A DNA stretch of 64,000 nt from Octopus vulgaris (Eukaryota). Below the pieces are notes generated by a model. It was not told the DNA's origin, made no database searches, and saw only the letters and a program-made list of their open reading frames with translations. Positions within the stretch are counted from its first letter, which is position 1; every line of letters begins with the position of its first letter. Positions 25,368-39,400 of this stretch are shown in pieces. The stretch is from contig OX597817.1 in the NCBI GenBank assembly GCA_951406725.2, positions 12,214,001-12,278,000 on the forward strand. Reading direction: 5' to 3'. Position numbers and translations under genes: made by a program.

Positions 25368-28300
25368 TTGGCATTAGGAAGGGCATCAAGCTGTAGAAAC
25401 ACTGCCAGGTCAGACTGGAGCCTGGTGCAGCCTTCTGGCTTCCCAGATCCCCAGTCGAACCATCCAACCCGTGCTAGCATAGAGAATGGACGTTAAACGA
25501 TGATGATGATGATGATGATATGTGTGTGTGTGAAACTAATACACCTGTCTTCGGCTTTTGTTTTTCTGTAAATTTCAACAACATATATATGTGTGTGTGT
25601 GTGTATATATATATATATTTATATATCCATAAATTCAGTTTCCCAATCACATGATCCCAAGTTCGATACCACTATGTGGCATCTTGGGCAAGTGTCATCT
25701 ACTCTGGCCCAACCAATACCTTGTGAGTGGATTTAGTAGACAGAACCTGCAAGAAACCTGTTACGTATACATATATATATATATACATGTGTGCGTGTGT
25801 TACTGTTTCTTTACCTGGACATTGAGTTGTAAATGAATATCACCATCAAGTAAACAATTTCCTTACTTCCTAATCTTCCATGAAAGCATGTCCGGTTATG
25901 GGGGAATATTACCTTACTTGGAAACAGGTGAGAGTTGGCAACAGGAAGAACATCTAACCATATAAAAAATTGTCTCAACACAATACCATCCAACTCATGC
26001 AAGCATGGAAAAAAAGAACATAAAACTGATAATGAGATATGTGTTCTTTCCACCAGGGCAATGTTGTTATTCTCAAACGACATACATACCCTACCTTCTC
26101 ACTTTCTCATCTCCCTTTTTCTCCATCTACTTAATGCTATCTCCTTCGTTTCATCTCTCCTTTCATCTGGACTGTCTGTACCCCATCACTATATCTCTCA
26201 CAAGCTCCTCTTTCTCTGCACATTTCTGTATCACATGAATAGCTATGTTTCCTTCATATCATCTTTTTCACTCTCCTCCTTTAACTTGCATATTCTACCA
26301 CCTATCATTAATCTCTTATATCCTTGCTCTCTCCCCTAATCTCTCAAAAGTTGTTGTTTCTCTCTTCCACCTACCAGTTTCTACACCTGAAGATGTATAA
26401 TTGTAATTTTCAAGAGATACATTATGAGTTATAATACCAGCATTATAGACTCTAAACAAAAGTCTAAATGAGAGAGATGTGGACTCTGCAAAGCCACAAC
26501 AAAGGCAACTGGTCTAGTAAAACAGTAACTCCAAATAAAAATTTTTACAGAGGAGTTGTGGATGCTATAATTGGCACTGAAGACAGCCTGTTGAAGAGAA
26601 TAGTGACTATGAATAAAACCTTACACAATATAGACAACTCTTTAGTGCTGATGGCAGAGCAAAATTAATCTAATCCAAGTAGTAAGGTTACTGAGGACAA
26701 GAAAAGCATTTAGCAGGTAAAACCAAACAATAATTACGAATGATGAATATTGGTTTCAAATTTTGACACAAGGCCAGCAACTGTGGGGTGGGGGGTGGGG
26801 GAGTTGATTACATGGACCCCAGTGTTTCACTGGTACTTATTTTATCGATCCCAAAAGGATTAAGGGCAAAGTTGAATTCAGCTGAATTTGAACTCAGAAC
26901 ATTAAGATGGACAAAATGCCACTAAGCACTTTGCCCAATGTGCTAACAATTCTGCCAGCTCACGGTCTTATGAATTATAAATATTATACATATAGAGAGA
27001 CAGACAGACAAACACACATACACACACACTTCATAACACATACACATACTTGATATTAAATTTGGAAAAGCATGGTTGTCCAACCCATGCTAGCATGGAA
27101 AACGGACGCTAAATGATGATGATGATGATGGTTATTTACATCTACCACTCATACTTATCATTGATCTTCGTCTCTACCTAACCACTAAGTTTCTGCTGTC
27201 ATACTCTTCCTCTCATTACCCATCCATCCTGGTTTTTCTGTCATTACTCTTTCTCTCCTCCTTTCCAGTAATATCAGCTTGTGCAAACAAATAGTGGGGA
27301 GTGGTAAAAGTGTGGCAAGAGGCAAGACATCCGATGTTTGCTGGTACTACAATGAAATACACTCAGTACTTTCTGTAAATTAACTGGCAAATAAGTGGAG
27401 ACAGTGCAGGATCAAGTCTTGTCTTCTTGTCTTGAGACAGCATTCACCCGGGGTGGGTTGAGCTGGCTTCATTCATCCTCAATGCTGTATCTCTCACAAA
27501 CACCGACCAGACCTGACGATTTGAGGCTAACGACCGCGTGATCTCCAACCACTCCTTATTCCAGCAGCGAACTCTGTAGATATGGGGGCCTAGGATGGGT
27601 TCCAGATCAGCCTTGACTATCACCAGCCAGGTTTTTCATTGTCCAACACATCGCTTTCGCCAACCCTGAAGGGGAGCTGGGGCAATTGCTTCGTTGATGA
27701 ATTCTCCTGGTTGACGACGGAGAGCATGACCCAGCCAATACAGATGTCTCATTAGGATGACTTGTCGGAGGGAGGTGATTTTGCACTGGTGTCACACCGA
27801 ATTGTTGGACACAGGATCAAGTGGAGCCATTCAGACTAGTAGAGGACGTCAGAACTTCTCTTGTGCTGGTGCCATCATAAAATGTATTCAGTACACCCCG
27901 TAAAGTGATTGGCAAACGAGTAGAGACAATATAGGATCAAGAGAAATGCTTTAGATTTGTCAAAGACATGACAACCTCTTTAGTATTGGTACCATGCCAA
28001 AATGTATCAAGTATACTCTGTAAAGTGATTGGTGTTAGGAAAAAACATCCAGCCATAAGAACCAAGCTGAAATAGAACATACAAGTGAGACTTTGTCCTC
28101 TGACCCCTTCAGAAGGTAGCAATTCCCAATGAAAGTAGACATGAGCAGCGACATCCAACCCGCACCAGCATTGAAAAAGTACAAGAAATGAAAATGTTGT
28201 GCGAGGATGTGTTTGTGTTCACATATATTGTATACAATGAAAAAACGAGATTATGGATGGCCTGGGACAAAGTCATCATCATCATCATCATCATTTAATG

Positions 28301-31300
28301 TCCACTCTCCATGCTAGCATGGGTTGGACGATTTTGACTGAGGGCTGGTGAACCAGATGGCTGCACCAGGCTCCAATCTTGATCTGGCAGAGTTTCTACA
28401 GCTGGATGCCCTTCCTAATGCCAACCACTCCGAGAGTGTAGTGGGTGCTTTTTATGTGCCATCGGCATGGGGGCCAGTCAGGCGGTACTGGCAACAACCT
28501 TGCTCGGATCTTTTTACACATGCCACCTGCACAGATGCCAGTAAGACGACGCTGGTAACGATCATGCTTTTATATTGTATAGAATGGAAAAATGAGATTA
28601 TGGATGGCCTAGGACAAAGTAATGAAGATTAACCTGACCTAACGAGCCCAAAATACTGTGTTGGAGAAGATCCACTCAATCAATGCAGGAATGGACAAGC
28701 ATATGAAAATGATCATGATGATTGAGATTCAGGTGTATAAAATATATATATTCAAGTGTCTCCCAACTATTGCGTTCAAATTGATTCTTCCTCTACCAAT
28801 CTCCCCCCCTCCTTCATTATTCACTCATTTATTACTCTCACCTTTTTCCTAGTAATACACCTCAGTATCTCCTAATCGGTTCTCATGTCTAACATGGGAA
28901 GACATCACAATGGAACTGTTCATACTTAACTCTCTCCTCATTATCCTTTTGCATTATTTCTCACTTCTCTCTCATTATTCCTTCATTATTTACATTCATC
29001 ACTAATTCTCTCTACCTTTCCCAACACTCTCACTTTCAGAACTCCATCCTTCACCCAGCTTCTCTCCTTTCCCCTGCTCTCCTCTATCACCTTCACACTT
29101 TGGTTCTTTTTCTTCACTCTCTCTTATATCATTTTGGTTGCACTGCTTCTAGCCAATCGCTTTACTATCAACCATCATGCATATCTCTCCCTCTCTCTCT
29201 CCCCTATCATCTCTTGCTCCTATCACTTGGGTTCTCTTCTCCCACTTATTTGCTATGCTCTTAACCTGGTTCTTTCCCCACTTAGCTATGTGTGAAAGAA
29301 AGGAAGAAACAAAGATAATGCAAGGAAGAGAGGACTTTTTAGAAATGCAGAGAGCAAAACAACTTCCACAATGCTAATGTCATCATCATCATTGTTTAAC
29401 GTCCGTTCTCCATGCTAGCATGGGTTGGACGGTTCGACCGGGGATCTGGGAAGCCAGAAGGCTGCACCAGGCTCCAGTCTTATCTGGCAATGTTTCTACA
29501 GCTGGATGCCCTTCCTAACGCCAACCACTCCGTGAGTGTAGTGGGTGCTTTTTACGTGCCACCCAGTACAATAGGAAGGGCGTCCAGATATAAAAACCCA
29601 GTCACAAATTAAATACGAAAATGAGAAATGGTTCCTGACGCATCTAGATGGCAGTAATTCTAAATAAGAACTACCTGTGATGACCCATCCAACTCATACC
29701 ATCATGGAAAACAATGTAACGATGCTGATGGTGCCATATAATGCTCATAAGTATGTGTGATACTGTCCCCACCCCCTACACAATTTCAACAAGGAATATT
29801 AAAAAGAATATTTTTTTTGTAAAGTGGTTGTATACCGTCAACTTAACGTTACAGTCCCGTATGGGAATTACACCACTGCTGTTTAGCCCTAGGAAGCATC
29901 GAACGCTTCCTGTCAGCTTTGACACATTTTTTTTCCCCGTGTCCTTATATTTGTGAAGGGGAGGCAAGCACCCCTAACAGCCAAGATTCACACCTGAGGA
30001 CATGCATGTTTCTGGGTCTTAACCCGTCATCAGCCCAGGATAGTGAGATCTGCTGATTAAGGAGCCTGTCCAGCCTTCATAAATATATATATTTACAGTG
30101 AAATCTATTCACTGGTCACCGTAATCGGAAATGTTAAATTTCTAAATGTCTCAAAGAGACTTGAGCGGTGGTGGAGCGATAGAGTGGTTGTATACCGTCA
30201 ACTTAACGTGACAGTCCTGTAAGGGAATTACACCACCGCTGTTTAGCCCTAGGAAGCATCGAACGCTTCCTGTCGGCTCTATCACTCCACCACCGCTCAT
30301 GTCTCTTTGAGACATTTAGAAATTTAATATTTCCGATTACGGTGATCAGTGAATAGATTTCACTGTAAATATATGTTTGTGAAGGCTGGACAGGCACCTC
30401 AATCAGCAGATCTCACTATCCTGGGCTGATGACGGGTTAAGACCCAGAAACATGCATGTCCTCAGGTGTGAATCTTGGCTGGTGGGGGTGCTTACCTCCC
30501 CTTCACAAACATAAGGACGCAGGGGGAAAAAAATGTGTCAAAGCCGACAGGAAGTGTTTGATGCTTCCTAGGGCTAAACAGCGGTGGTGTAATTCCCTCT
30601 AAGGGACTGTCACGTTAAGTTGACTTTATACAACCACTCTATTGCTCCACCACCACTCATGTCTCTTTGAGACATTTAGAAATTTAATATTTCTGATTAT
30701 TTTTTTTGTATTTAACCCCTTACCCAACAATTATTTTGAAAATAAATGTATTTTTTCAGACATATTTTTTAATTGTTTTATTTTACTATGTTTTGAATGG
30801 TGATTTCGAGGTATATTTCAAACCTTATTTATTATGAATTTTAATTCAATAATATTGATTTTAAATTACTGCTTTGGGCAGAAACGAGTTAACCCGTCTT
30901 TTTCATAAATCATATTACTTTTACAAAAAATCATGTTATTTTATTTGGTTATCGACATGGTGGGGTTATAATATAAAAGTATAAAACAAAACAATTTACA
31001 AAGAAGACTAGAAAAGAAGCTTAACTATAGCAGGAACCATTTTATAACAAGCGTGCTACTAGCTGAGATGAAAATATCGGTAAATCAGGAAATCAGACAA
31101 AAACAGTTATTTACAGTGAAAATATCACACATGAACACAATTATAAAAACACGGCAAAGAAAAACAATAGCTGCTTAGAATCAGTAGAACACATTTGTGT
31201 ACAAAGTAAGTTACCAGCATAGCTAAACATAAAGCAGGAAATCAGCCAAGAAGAACACTCGTGTACAGTGAAAATATCATATTGTACATAAATACAATAG

Positions 31301-32592
31301 TAAAACATCATACACATACACAGAAAAAAAAAAAAGATTAGTTTGGGTATTACAGCAGAAAGCATTTTATTCTAATATTTTTTTTCTTTGTAATCTACTG
31401 GCATATTTTTAGCAATGAATGTTATTTTGCACACATTAACAAAATCTGCCTTTTTCGTGAACTGGTAACACCAAACTTGTGTTCCAGCAAAACCTTTATA
31501 TTATATATTTCTTTTCTTTTATTTCTTGTACTTGTTTCAGTCATTTGACTGCGGCCATGCTGGAGCACCGCCTTAAGTCGAGCAACTCGAACCCGGGACT
31601 TATTCACTGTAAGCCCAGTACTTATTCTATCGGTCTCTTTTGCCGAACTGCTAAGTGACGGGGACATAAACACACCAGCATCGGTTGTCAAGCAATGCTA
31701 GGGGAACAAACACAGACACACAAACATATATATATATACATATATACGATGGGCTTCTTTCAGTTTCCCTCTACCAAATCCACTCACAAGGCATTGGTCG
31801 GCCCGGGGCTATAGCAGAAGACACTTGCCCAAGATGCCATGCAGTGGGACTGAACCCGGAACTATGTGGTTGGTAAACAAGCTACTTACCACACAGCCAC
31901 TCCTGTGCCTATATATATATATATTTTTTTTTATTTCCTGGCATTATAATTAATTATTTATATAGGTAGAAATGCATTTCTTTGTATTCCTCACATTTAT
32001 CAAACAGTATTTTTCTAACTCTTCCTTTAGTTCTAGCCAATGTGAGACTGAACAACAAAGGTTTATTTTTACGCTTTTTTAACAGCCTCAAACTGTTCTT
32101 GCTTGCTCCATTCTCTTAGCATTGCTGCTGTATATAGAACATTGCATGAAAAAACCAGGCAGTGTTTCGAGATACCTCAAGATTTTCACTGTCTCTCTAT
32201 CACCATATTCTTTAGCATAGTTTGCCACCTTCAATTTCAAGACAAAGGGAGCCAAAATGTCAATTGGTTAAATATCTCTCTCTAGACACAACAAAATTTT
32301 GTTTCAATACATGAATTCACATTAAAAAAAAACCTTGCAAACCAAATACATAAACAAAGTAGCTGAAATGCTTTTTGCCTGTAACCATAAACCTGAGGGT
32401 AAAATCTTGCACTGATATCACCATGCATTTGTATCGCCACTGTGGCTGTTATGTGTTGTACTAAGATATCAAAAGTGTGATAAATGCCATATACACTATC
32501 TGACAACAGAACATGAGCAGGACCAAGAACATTTCTCATGGCACCAATACTTACATTTTTTATGTTTTCTGTGAATTTTTCACAGGTCCAGC

Positions 32593-32681
<89 letters not shown>

Positions 32682-33126
32682 GCCCTGGTGAGTACCAAGT
32701 AGTGGCTCTCATGGCTTCTGATCTTAACTGATTGGAAGTGTTATCATGTACATTGTTTTGTCTTGGTATAAAAGATGAACTACAGCAAATATTCTGCTCA
32801 ATACCACAGATTTGGTCTATCATGATAGATGGCAATGATGATCCAGAACTAAACAGTTACAATAGTCACTGTTAGCATAACTCAACATTGTTATCTTAAT
32901 CTGAAGGTTCAAGGTTCTTTCAAAACTAGATGTTCCCATGTAAAATAAGATATATGTGACAGGTGTGAAATACAGAGACAGTAACATGCACACAAACTCA
33001 GAAATGGTTAATTTACTAATTAACATTTAAGACTTCTAACTGCCAAATAAAGATTTTCTACTCAGGATACACAGGTTTAATTTTCAAGGAAATTCCATTT
33101 TTAAATAAATTACCAGTAACAACAGC

Positions 33127-33168
<42 letters not shown>

Positions 33169-35141
33169 CAATAATATTAATATGCCAACTATTTGTTTTT
33201 GTACATACTTGTTGTGTGCATCACACTTACTTCAAAGGAGTGGCAAAGCGAGAGACAAAAGGGCAGAGAGGAAGAGGAAAAGAAGGTGAAAGAGAAAGAG
33301 AGAAGGTGAAAGAGAAAGAGAGAAGGTGAAAGAGAAAGAGAGAGTGTGAAAGAGACAGTGACTGGTGACAGTGTTCATTTTGTGCTTTTAAATGTTTCAG
33401 AGATGGCATAAGAGAGAAAGAAAATGAAAGTGAGAGAGTGAGACAGAAAGAGAGAGACTGAAAGAGACAGTGAGTGGTGACGGCGTTCGTTTTGTTTTTA
33501 AATGTTTATCACATCGCAAGAGAAGTAGATACATATACACATTGTTAAATCAAAAGCGGGAGAGAAGAGTAACACAAAGAAAGAGAAAGAGAGAAAGTGA
33601 GAGCCAGTAGATACATAAATTCAAAGGAAAGTTCGTAGATACATAGACACAGCAAATATTGGCTGTCAATTTCACTTTTCATTACCACATGAGGATAAAA
33701 TTAACTCACAAATGACAGAGTACTCCACAGACATGCATAACATTAATGTAGTTCTCAGGGAGATTCAGCCTCACACAGAATATGATAAGGCTGGCCCCTT
33801 TGAATTACAGCTACAACTTGAGACATATATATATATGAATGTATTTGTGTGTGTGTGTGTATAGTATAGGTTAGTTAAAACATGTTTGCAATAAGTGTGG
33901 AAATAAATGCAATAACCAAACTTTCATTCATAAATCTATTTATTATTTCATTCTTTTGCATTTCAATTTGTACATTTGTACCCAGAAATTTTCAACAACT
34001 GCATGCCTGAAGAAATAGCAAAAGGAGTAATTTTATCTCCTAAAAATTCTGACTGTCTTTCAATAAATGAAAATGTTCTTAATATTATACCAGAGGCACT
34101 TAAAACATACTTAAGCACAGATTCAGTGTCCTGCAATAATGAAGAGGAGGTTCAGAACTCTCCATTTGAATTTATAAAATCACTCACTCCATCCGCTATG
34201 TCTCCTCATCGCCTCAACTTAAAAGTAGGGGCTATTGTAATGCTGCTAAGAAATCTTTCAATCGGCCAAGGATTATGCAATGGAACTCACATGGAAGTGT
34301 AAAGACTTCATGAACATTGTGTAGAGGCATCACTGGTAACAGGCTCCAACAGAGGTCGTACAGTTCTAATTCCCAGAATTAAACTTAGCCCAAGTGATGC
34401 AGATATTCCATTCTCACTAAACTGACTTCAGTTTCCACTTTGACTTGTGTATTCAATGACAATTAATAAGGCTCAAGGGCAAACATTTGAAAAATTAGGA
34501 ATACATTTGCCTCAACCGGTATTTTCTCATGGCCAATTATATGTCGCATTTTCAAGAGCACAAGCTATGAACAATATCAAAGTAAGAGTTATGACACTCA
34601 ATTGGGATAACAGACAAGGCCAAAAATGTGGTGTGACATACACATTTTGTCTCCCATAAAGTACTGTGAGGAAGACCACCACAGCAGCTAGCCTCACCAC
34701 TACACCAGTTGCTCCATCATTACACACCCAAATTACACCTTTAAGATCGGGGAACCAGTTAGAGGCCCGCTGGATCTCTTGCAGCATACCAGCAGACCAC
34801 AAAATCGCACCAGCCAGCAACACCACTATCTCCAAGCCCATCATATCTATATATATAAAACTGAAGTTGTGTGTGTGAGAGTCTGTCTCCTCCAATTTAG
34901 ATTCCTAACTACTCCCACATTTTGCAGTGCAGTTTAACCAAAAGTGGGTATCTTATAGTCGTGATTCATATCGAGCCCTTCAGGGTATTAGCGCGCATCT
35001 ACGATGATAAAATATCTACCATCATTTTTTTGCATTTTTAATGCATTTTTTGCTCGGTTTATATAAGGGAAGTAACTCTCTAAAAATGCTTATATAGTTA
35101 TTTCCCTTACAAACCCGAGCAACGCCGGGCGATACTGCTAG

Positions 35142-35182
<41 letters not shown>

Positions 35183-35281
35183 GTGTGTCTGTGTTTGTCC
35201 CACCACCACCACTGCTTGACAACTGATGTCGACTAAAGAGTGATGCTTCAGCATGGCCACTGTCAAATGACTGAAATAGTA

Positions 35282-35322
<41 letters not shown>

Positions 35323-36055
35323 CCTCTCTATTAGAGGCACAAGGCCTGAAATTTTGGGGAAGGGCTAGTCAATTACATCGACCCCAGTGCACCACTGGTA
35401 CTTACTTTACAGACTCCAAAAGTATGACGGGCTAAGTTGACCTCAGTCAAAAACAGAAAATTTGACAAAACCATAACACAGAAAATTTGTAGCTAATTGC
35501 TCATCAATCAATGTCCAAGAGATCATAGTTTCATGCCATTACTGTAAAGACTATTCCTTCTTGGAGTTACCAGTGCAAAAAAGTCATTGAGAACAGCTAA
35601 TGAACGTACAGGGCAATGATAAAAACAAACTAGAATAAATATAATGATTATATACAAAAAAAAAAAAAAAAAAGCTGTGTGGTTATTAGACAGATGAATA
35701 TGGGTAATGCAAAAGGAAATGAAAATGTCCTAAAGGACTGGAGAGACAAGGACACACGTATATATATATATATATATATTATATTAATTAGAGACAAAAC
35801 CACTATTATGCAAATCAAACAAAGAAAGACTTAAGCCAATACATAAAAAAATTTATATAAATTAAATATAATTAATTATATTTAATTTATATAAATTTTT
35901 TTATGTATTGGCTTAAGTCTTTCTTTGTTTGATTTGCATAATAGTGGTTTTATCTCTAATTAATATAATATAATATTTTACTATAAAATTGGATTCAATC
36001 CTAAATATGATTTTTCCCTGTAAATTTGGATTTATTCCCTAATATTTATTATTAT

Positions 36056-36113
<58 letters not shown>

Positions 36114-36452
36114 AATAAAAATTATATATAAAGAAACAAGAACGTGAAATACACAAAGGGACGAACACAGAAAACAGACGGGCCATTCAAAGCCTTTAAT
36201 CTTCAGTCAGAAACCGGATATATATATATATATCATCACCATCATCATCACCACCACCACCAGCACCATCATCATTTAACATCTGTTTTCATCTTGGCAC
36301 AAGTTAAATGGTTTGTTAGGGGCTAGTAAGGCTGAGGGCCACAGCAGGATTCATTGTCTGCTCTGGCATGGTTTCTATGGCTAGATGCCCTTCCTAATGC
36401 CAACCACTTTACAGAGTGTACTGGGTGCTTTTTACATTGCACCAGCACCTGC

Positions 36453-36490
<38 letters not shown>

Positions 36491-39400
36491 GTGTGTATGT
36501 CTGTGTGTGTGTACACATTGTCATCGTTGTCAGAGACACAAACACACACACCCATACATACATATGTTCATACATACATACATACCCGGTTAAACTGGGA
36601 TTTTCAGAAAGAGAAATCGACCGGCTAATTCGTACATTACAAGTGCAATCTGTGAGTGGAACAGTAAAAATATGCAAGACTTTTCTCAAGTTCCAAATGT
36701 GAATTTGTCCGTGTTAACTATATTCTGAAGATGGAGCCTTGTATTTTTGTAGGAAACTGGCTCCCACTTTAGTGGAAGATTTAAGAGGCAGACCCAGGAA
36801 AACCTGGGACGAGGTGGTGAAGCATGACCTTCAAACTTTAGGTCTCACCGAGGAAATGACTAGAGACCGAGACCTTTGGAAGTATGCTGTGCGTGAGAAG
36901 ACTCGGCAGGATAAGTGAGACCATAACCCGTGGCCTCTACATGGGATATAGCCAGTCCACTTATGCATACCTTTCCTTCTTGGGACACAAAACTCTACTT
37001 GTGAAGACCTGTTGAGGTAAGTGAAAATCCAAATCAAAATCGATCAACATCAATGGAAATTGCAGCTGTGATACCAGTGCCGGTGGTACGTAAGAGAACC
37101 ATCCGAACGTGGCCGTTGCCAGCACCGCCCCGACTGGCCTCGTGCCAGTGGCATGTAAAAAGCACCATCCGATCGTGGCCGTTTGCCAGTCTCATCTGGC
37201 ACCTGTGCCGGTGACACGTAAAAAGCACCCGCTACACTTATGGAGTGGTTGGCATTAGGAAGGGCATCCAGCCGTAGAAACATTGCCAGATCAGACTGGG
37301 CCTGGTGCAGCCTTTTGGCTTCCCAGACCCCAGTTGAATCGTCCAACCCATGCTAGCATGGAAAGCGGACACTAAACGATGATGATGATGATGCTGATGA
37401 AAAGATAGAAGAGATATACATGTTATATCAACTCACAAGAGTTTGGTTGAATCAATGCTATAGTAGAAGACGCTTGACCAAAGAGCCATACAGTAGGACT
37501 AATATCAAAACTGTGGTTGGGAAGACAGCCAATAAATCAATATACATTAATAAAATAAATACCAGACAGAAATTAATACTGGAGTTCATTGGTTTGAGCG
37601 TGTGTTAAAATTAGTGTATACTCATATGTGCAAGCATGCATATACACACACAAGCAGAACAAATATCAATACATACATGCAGACAGACATATGTACAAAG
37701 ATATGTTTATATATACATGCACATATGCACATACATGTATGGAAATTACTGGCTAAATTATTCAGGAATGCTAGCAACATGAAAAGCCCGATGTTCTTTC
37801 TATCACCAATTCTTGCCTATTTTTATCCTAGGAAACCCAAAAGGGCAGAACTACCCTTTTTGAGGGGAAACTACCTTTGTTGAGAGGAAAAGTCAAAAAA
37901 TGTTACCAGCTGCAGTCTAGTCACAAATAGTGAGTCAGTCCCAATGGAGGAAACTTATGATCAAAGGCGCTCCACACATGACTACCCAGCCTATTTTTCC
38001 AGCGTAGGTATTTCTGTTTATGTTACAATATGTATTCCCATATCAACTCCATAATGTATGACAAAAGGAGATCTAGCTACTATCCATAAATGTAGCTCAA
38101 TGTACTGTTAAGATATTCACACAAACACATATGCACATGTTTGCATATATATACAATAGACTTCTTTCAGTGTCCATCCACCAAATTTCTTTGCAAAGTA
38201 TTGGTCAACCCAAGGCTATAATAGAAGATCCTTGCCCAAGTTTCTGTATGGTGGGATTGAACACAAAGCCACATGGTTGACAAGCTAACTTCTTAACCAC
38301 ACGACTATGCTTGTATGTGTAAACCAAGACATTCCATTAAATTTAAATTACAAACTGTAAATCATTATTAAAATACATTCTCATGAAGATATTCTTGGAA
38401 TTTCAGTAAATTTAAATTATTAATAGAATGCTGTGAGAAGTGAATTTCATCTTCAGTAGCAAAGTGACAACTCTAGACCTGAACTAAACAAAAAAATTAA
38501 ATAATTGACTTATGATACAAACATGTAGGACAGTGCTTTTCAACCTTTTTGCTGGAGCGGAACCCCAAGGAAACATTCCACTGGCTCGAGGAACCCCTGT
38601 GCAATAATTTAATCGTCTTATGCACACATATCTGCACAGGAGAATTTAAAATTACTGCCGATTTTAGCAGTTTTGTAACTTCTTGCGGAACCCCTGGACT
38701 GGGCTGACGGAAACCTAAGGTTCCGCGGAACCCTGGTTGAAAACCACTGATGTAGGATAATTAAGCAATTATAATTGTAATTTTGTACTCACAAAGGTGA
38801 CGATTAGAAAGATGCATAATGAAAAGTATATTATTTAATAATTATGACCTTATAAGGAAGACCAGAGCAAAATTGTCAAACTTATACTATTTGTAAAGCA
38901 GAGAAAACTGATCCGAGAACTGGAAAAACTAAAACTAGCACGTTTGAACATATAAAATGTTAATATTGCTGTCATATCAAGATCACAATAACATCAAACA
39001 TCGCCTCCTCCCACATTCACCCACCGACCCTGTTACACTACAGAGATAAAACTCCCTCAGGAATATCGTTATTGCATAAAGTAACATCACAGGCAAGGGA
39101 CACAACTCACAATAAATACCTCAATGGTTTTTGTGAGTTATCTCGCTTGCACTGATCAATCTAAGATAACATAACTCTGCAAGTAATATGTGATGAGACA
39201 TATTAGTTTAGCCACTGGCCAGTCCCAACGGAGGAATCTTATGATCAAAGGTGCTCCACACATGACCACCCAGCCTATTTTTCCAGCCTAGTTATTTCTG
39301 TTTATTTTACAATATGTATTCCCATATCAATTCCATAATGTATGACAAAAGGAGATCTAGCTACTATTTCTAGCATGTTGAGCAACTGCTTAGAGATACA

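Larger units (their letters stand above)
29822..30697. mobile_element. Retrozyme-like element: 360-bp hammerhead-bearing unit as partial tandem copies in inverted arrangement, with 13-bp TSD
   Basis: Period of 360 in both arms (29824/30184 and 30279/30639); inversion junction at about 30278/30279; TATTTTTTTTGTA direct repeat at 29809-29821 and 30698-30710. Confidence 0.85.

Noticed and set aside
36725-36768. CTGAAGA followed by a GGAGCC/GGCTCC stem
   Set aside because: No GAAA or cleavage strand follows (an RTE fragment begins there), so it cannot be called a ribozyme.
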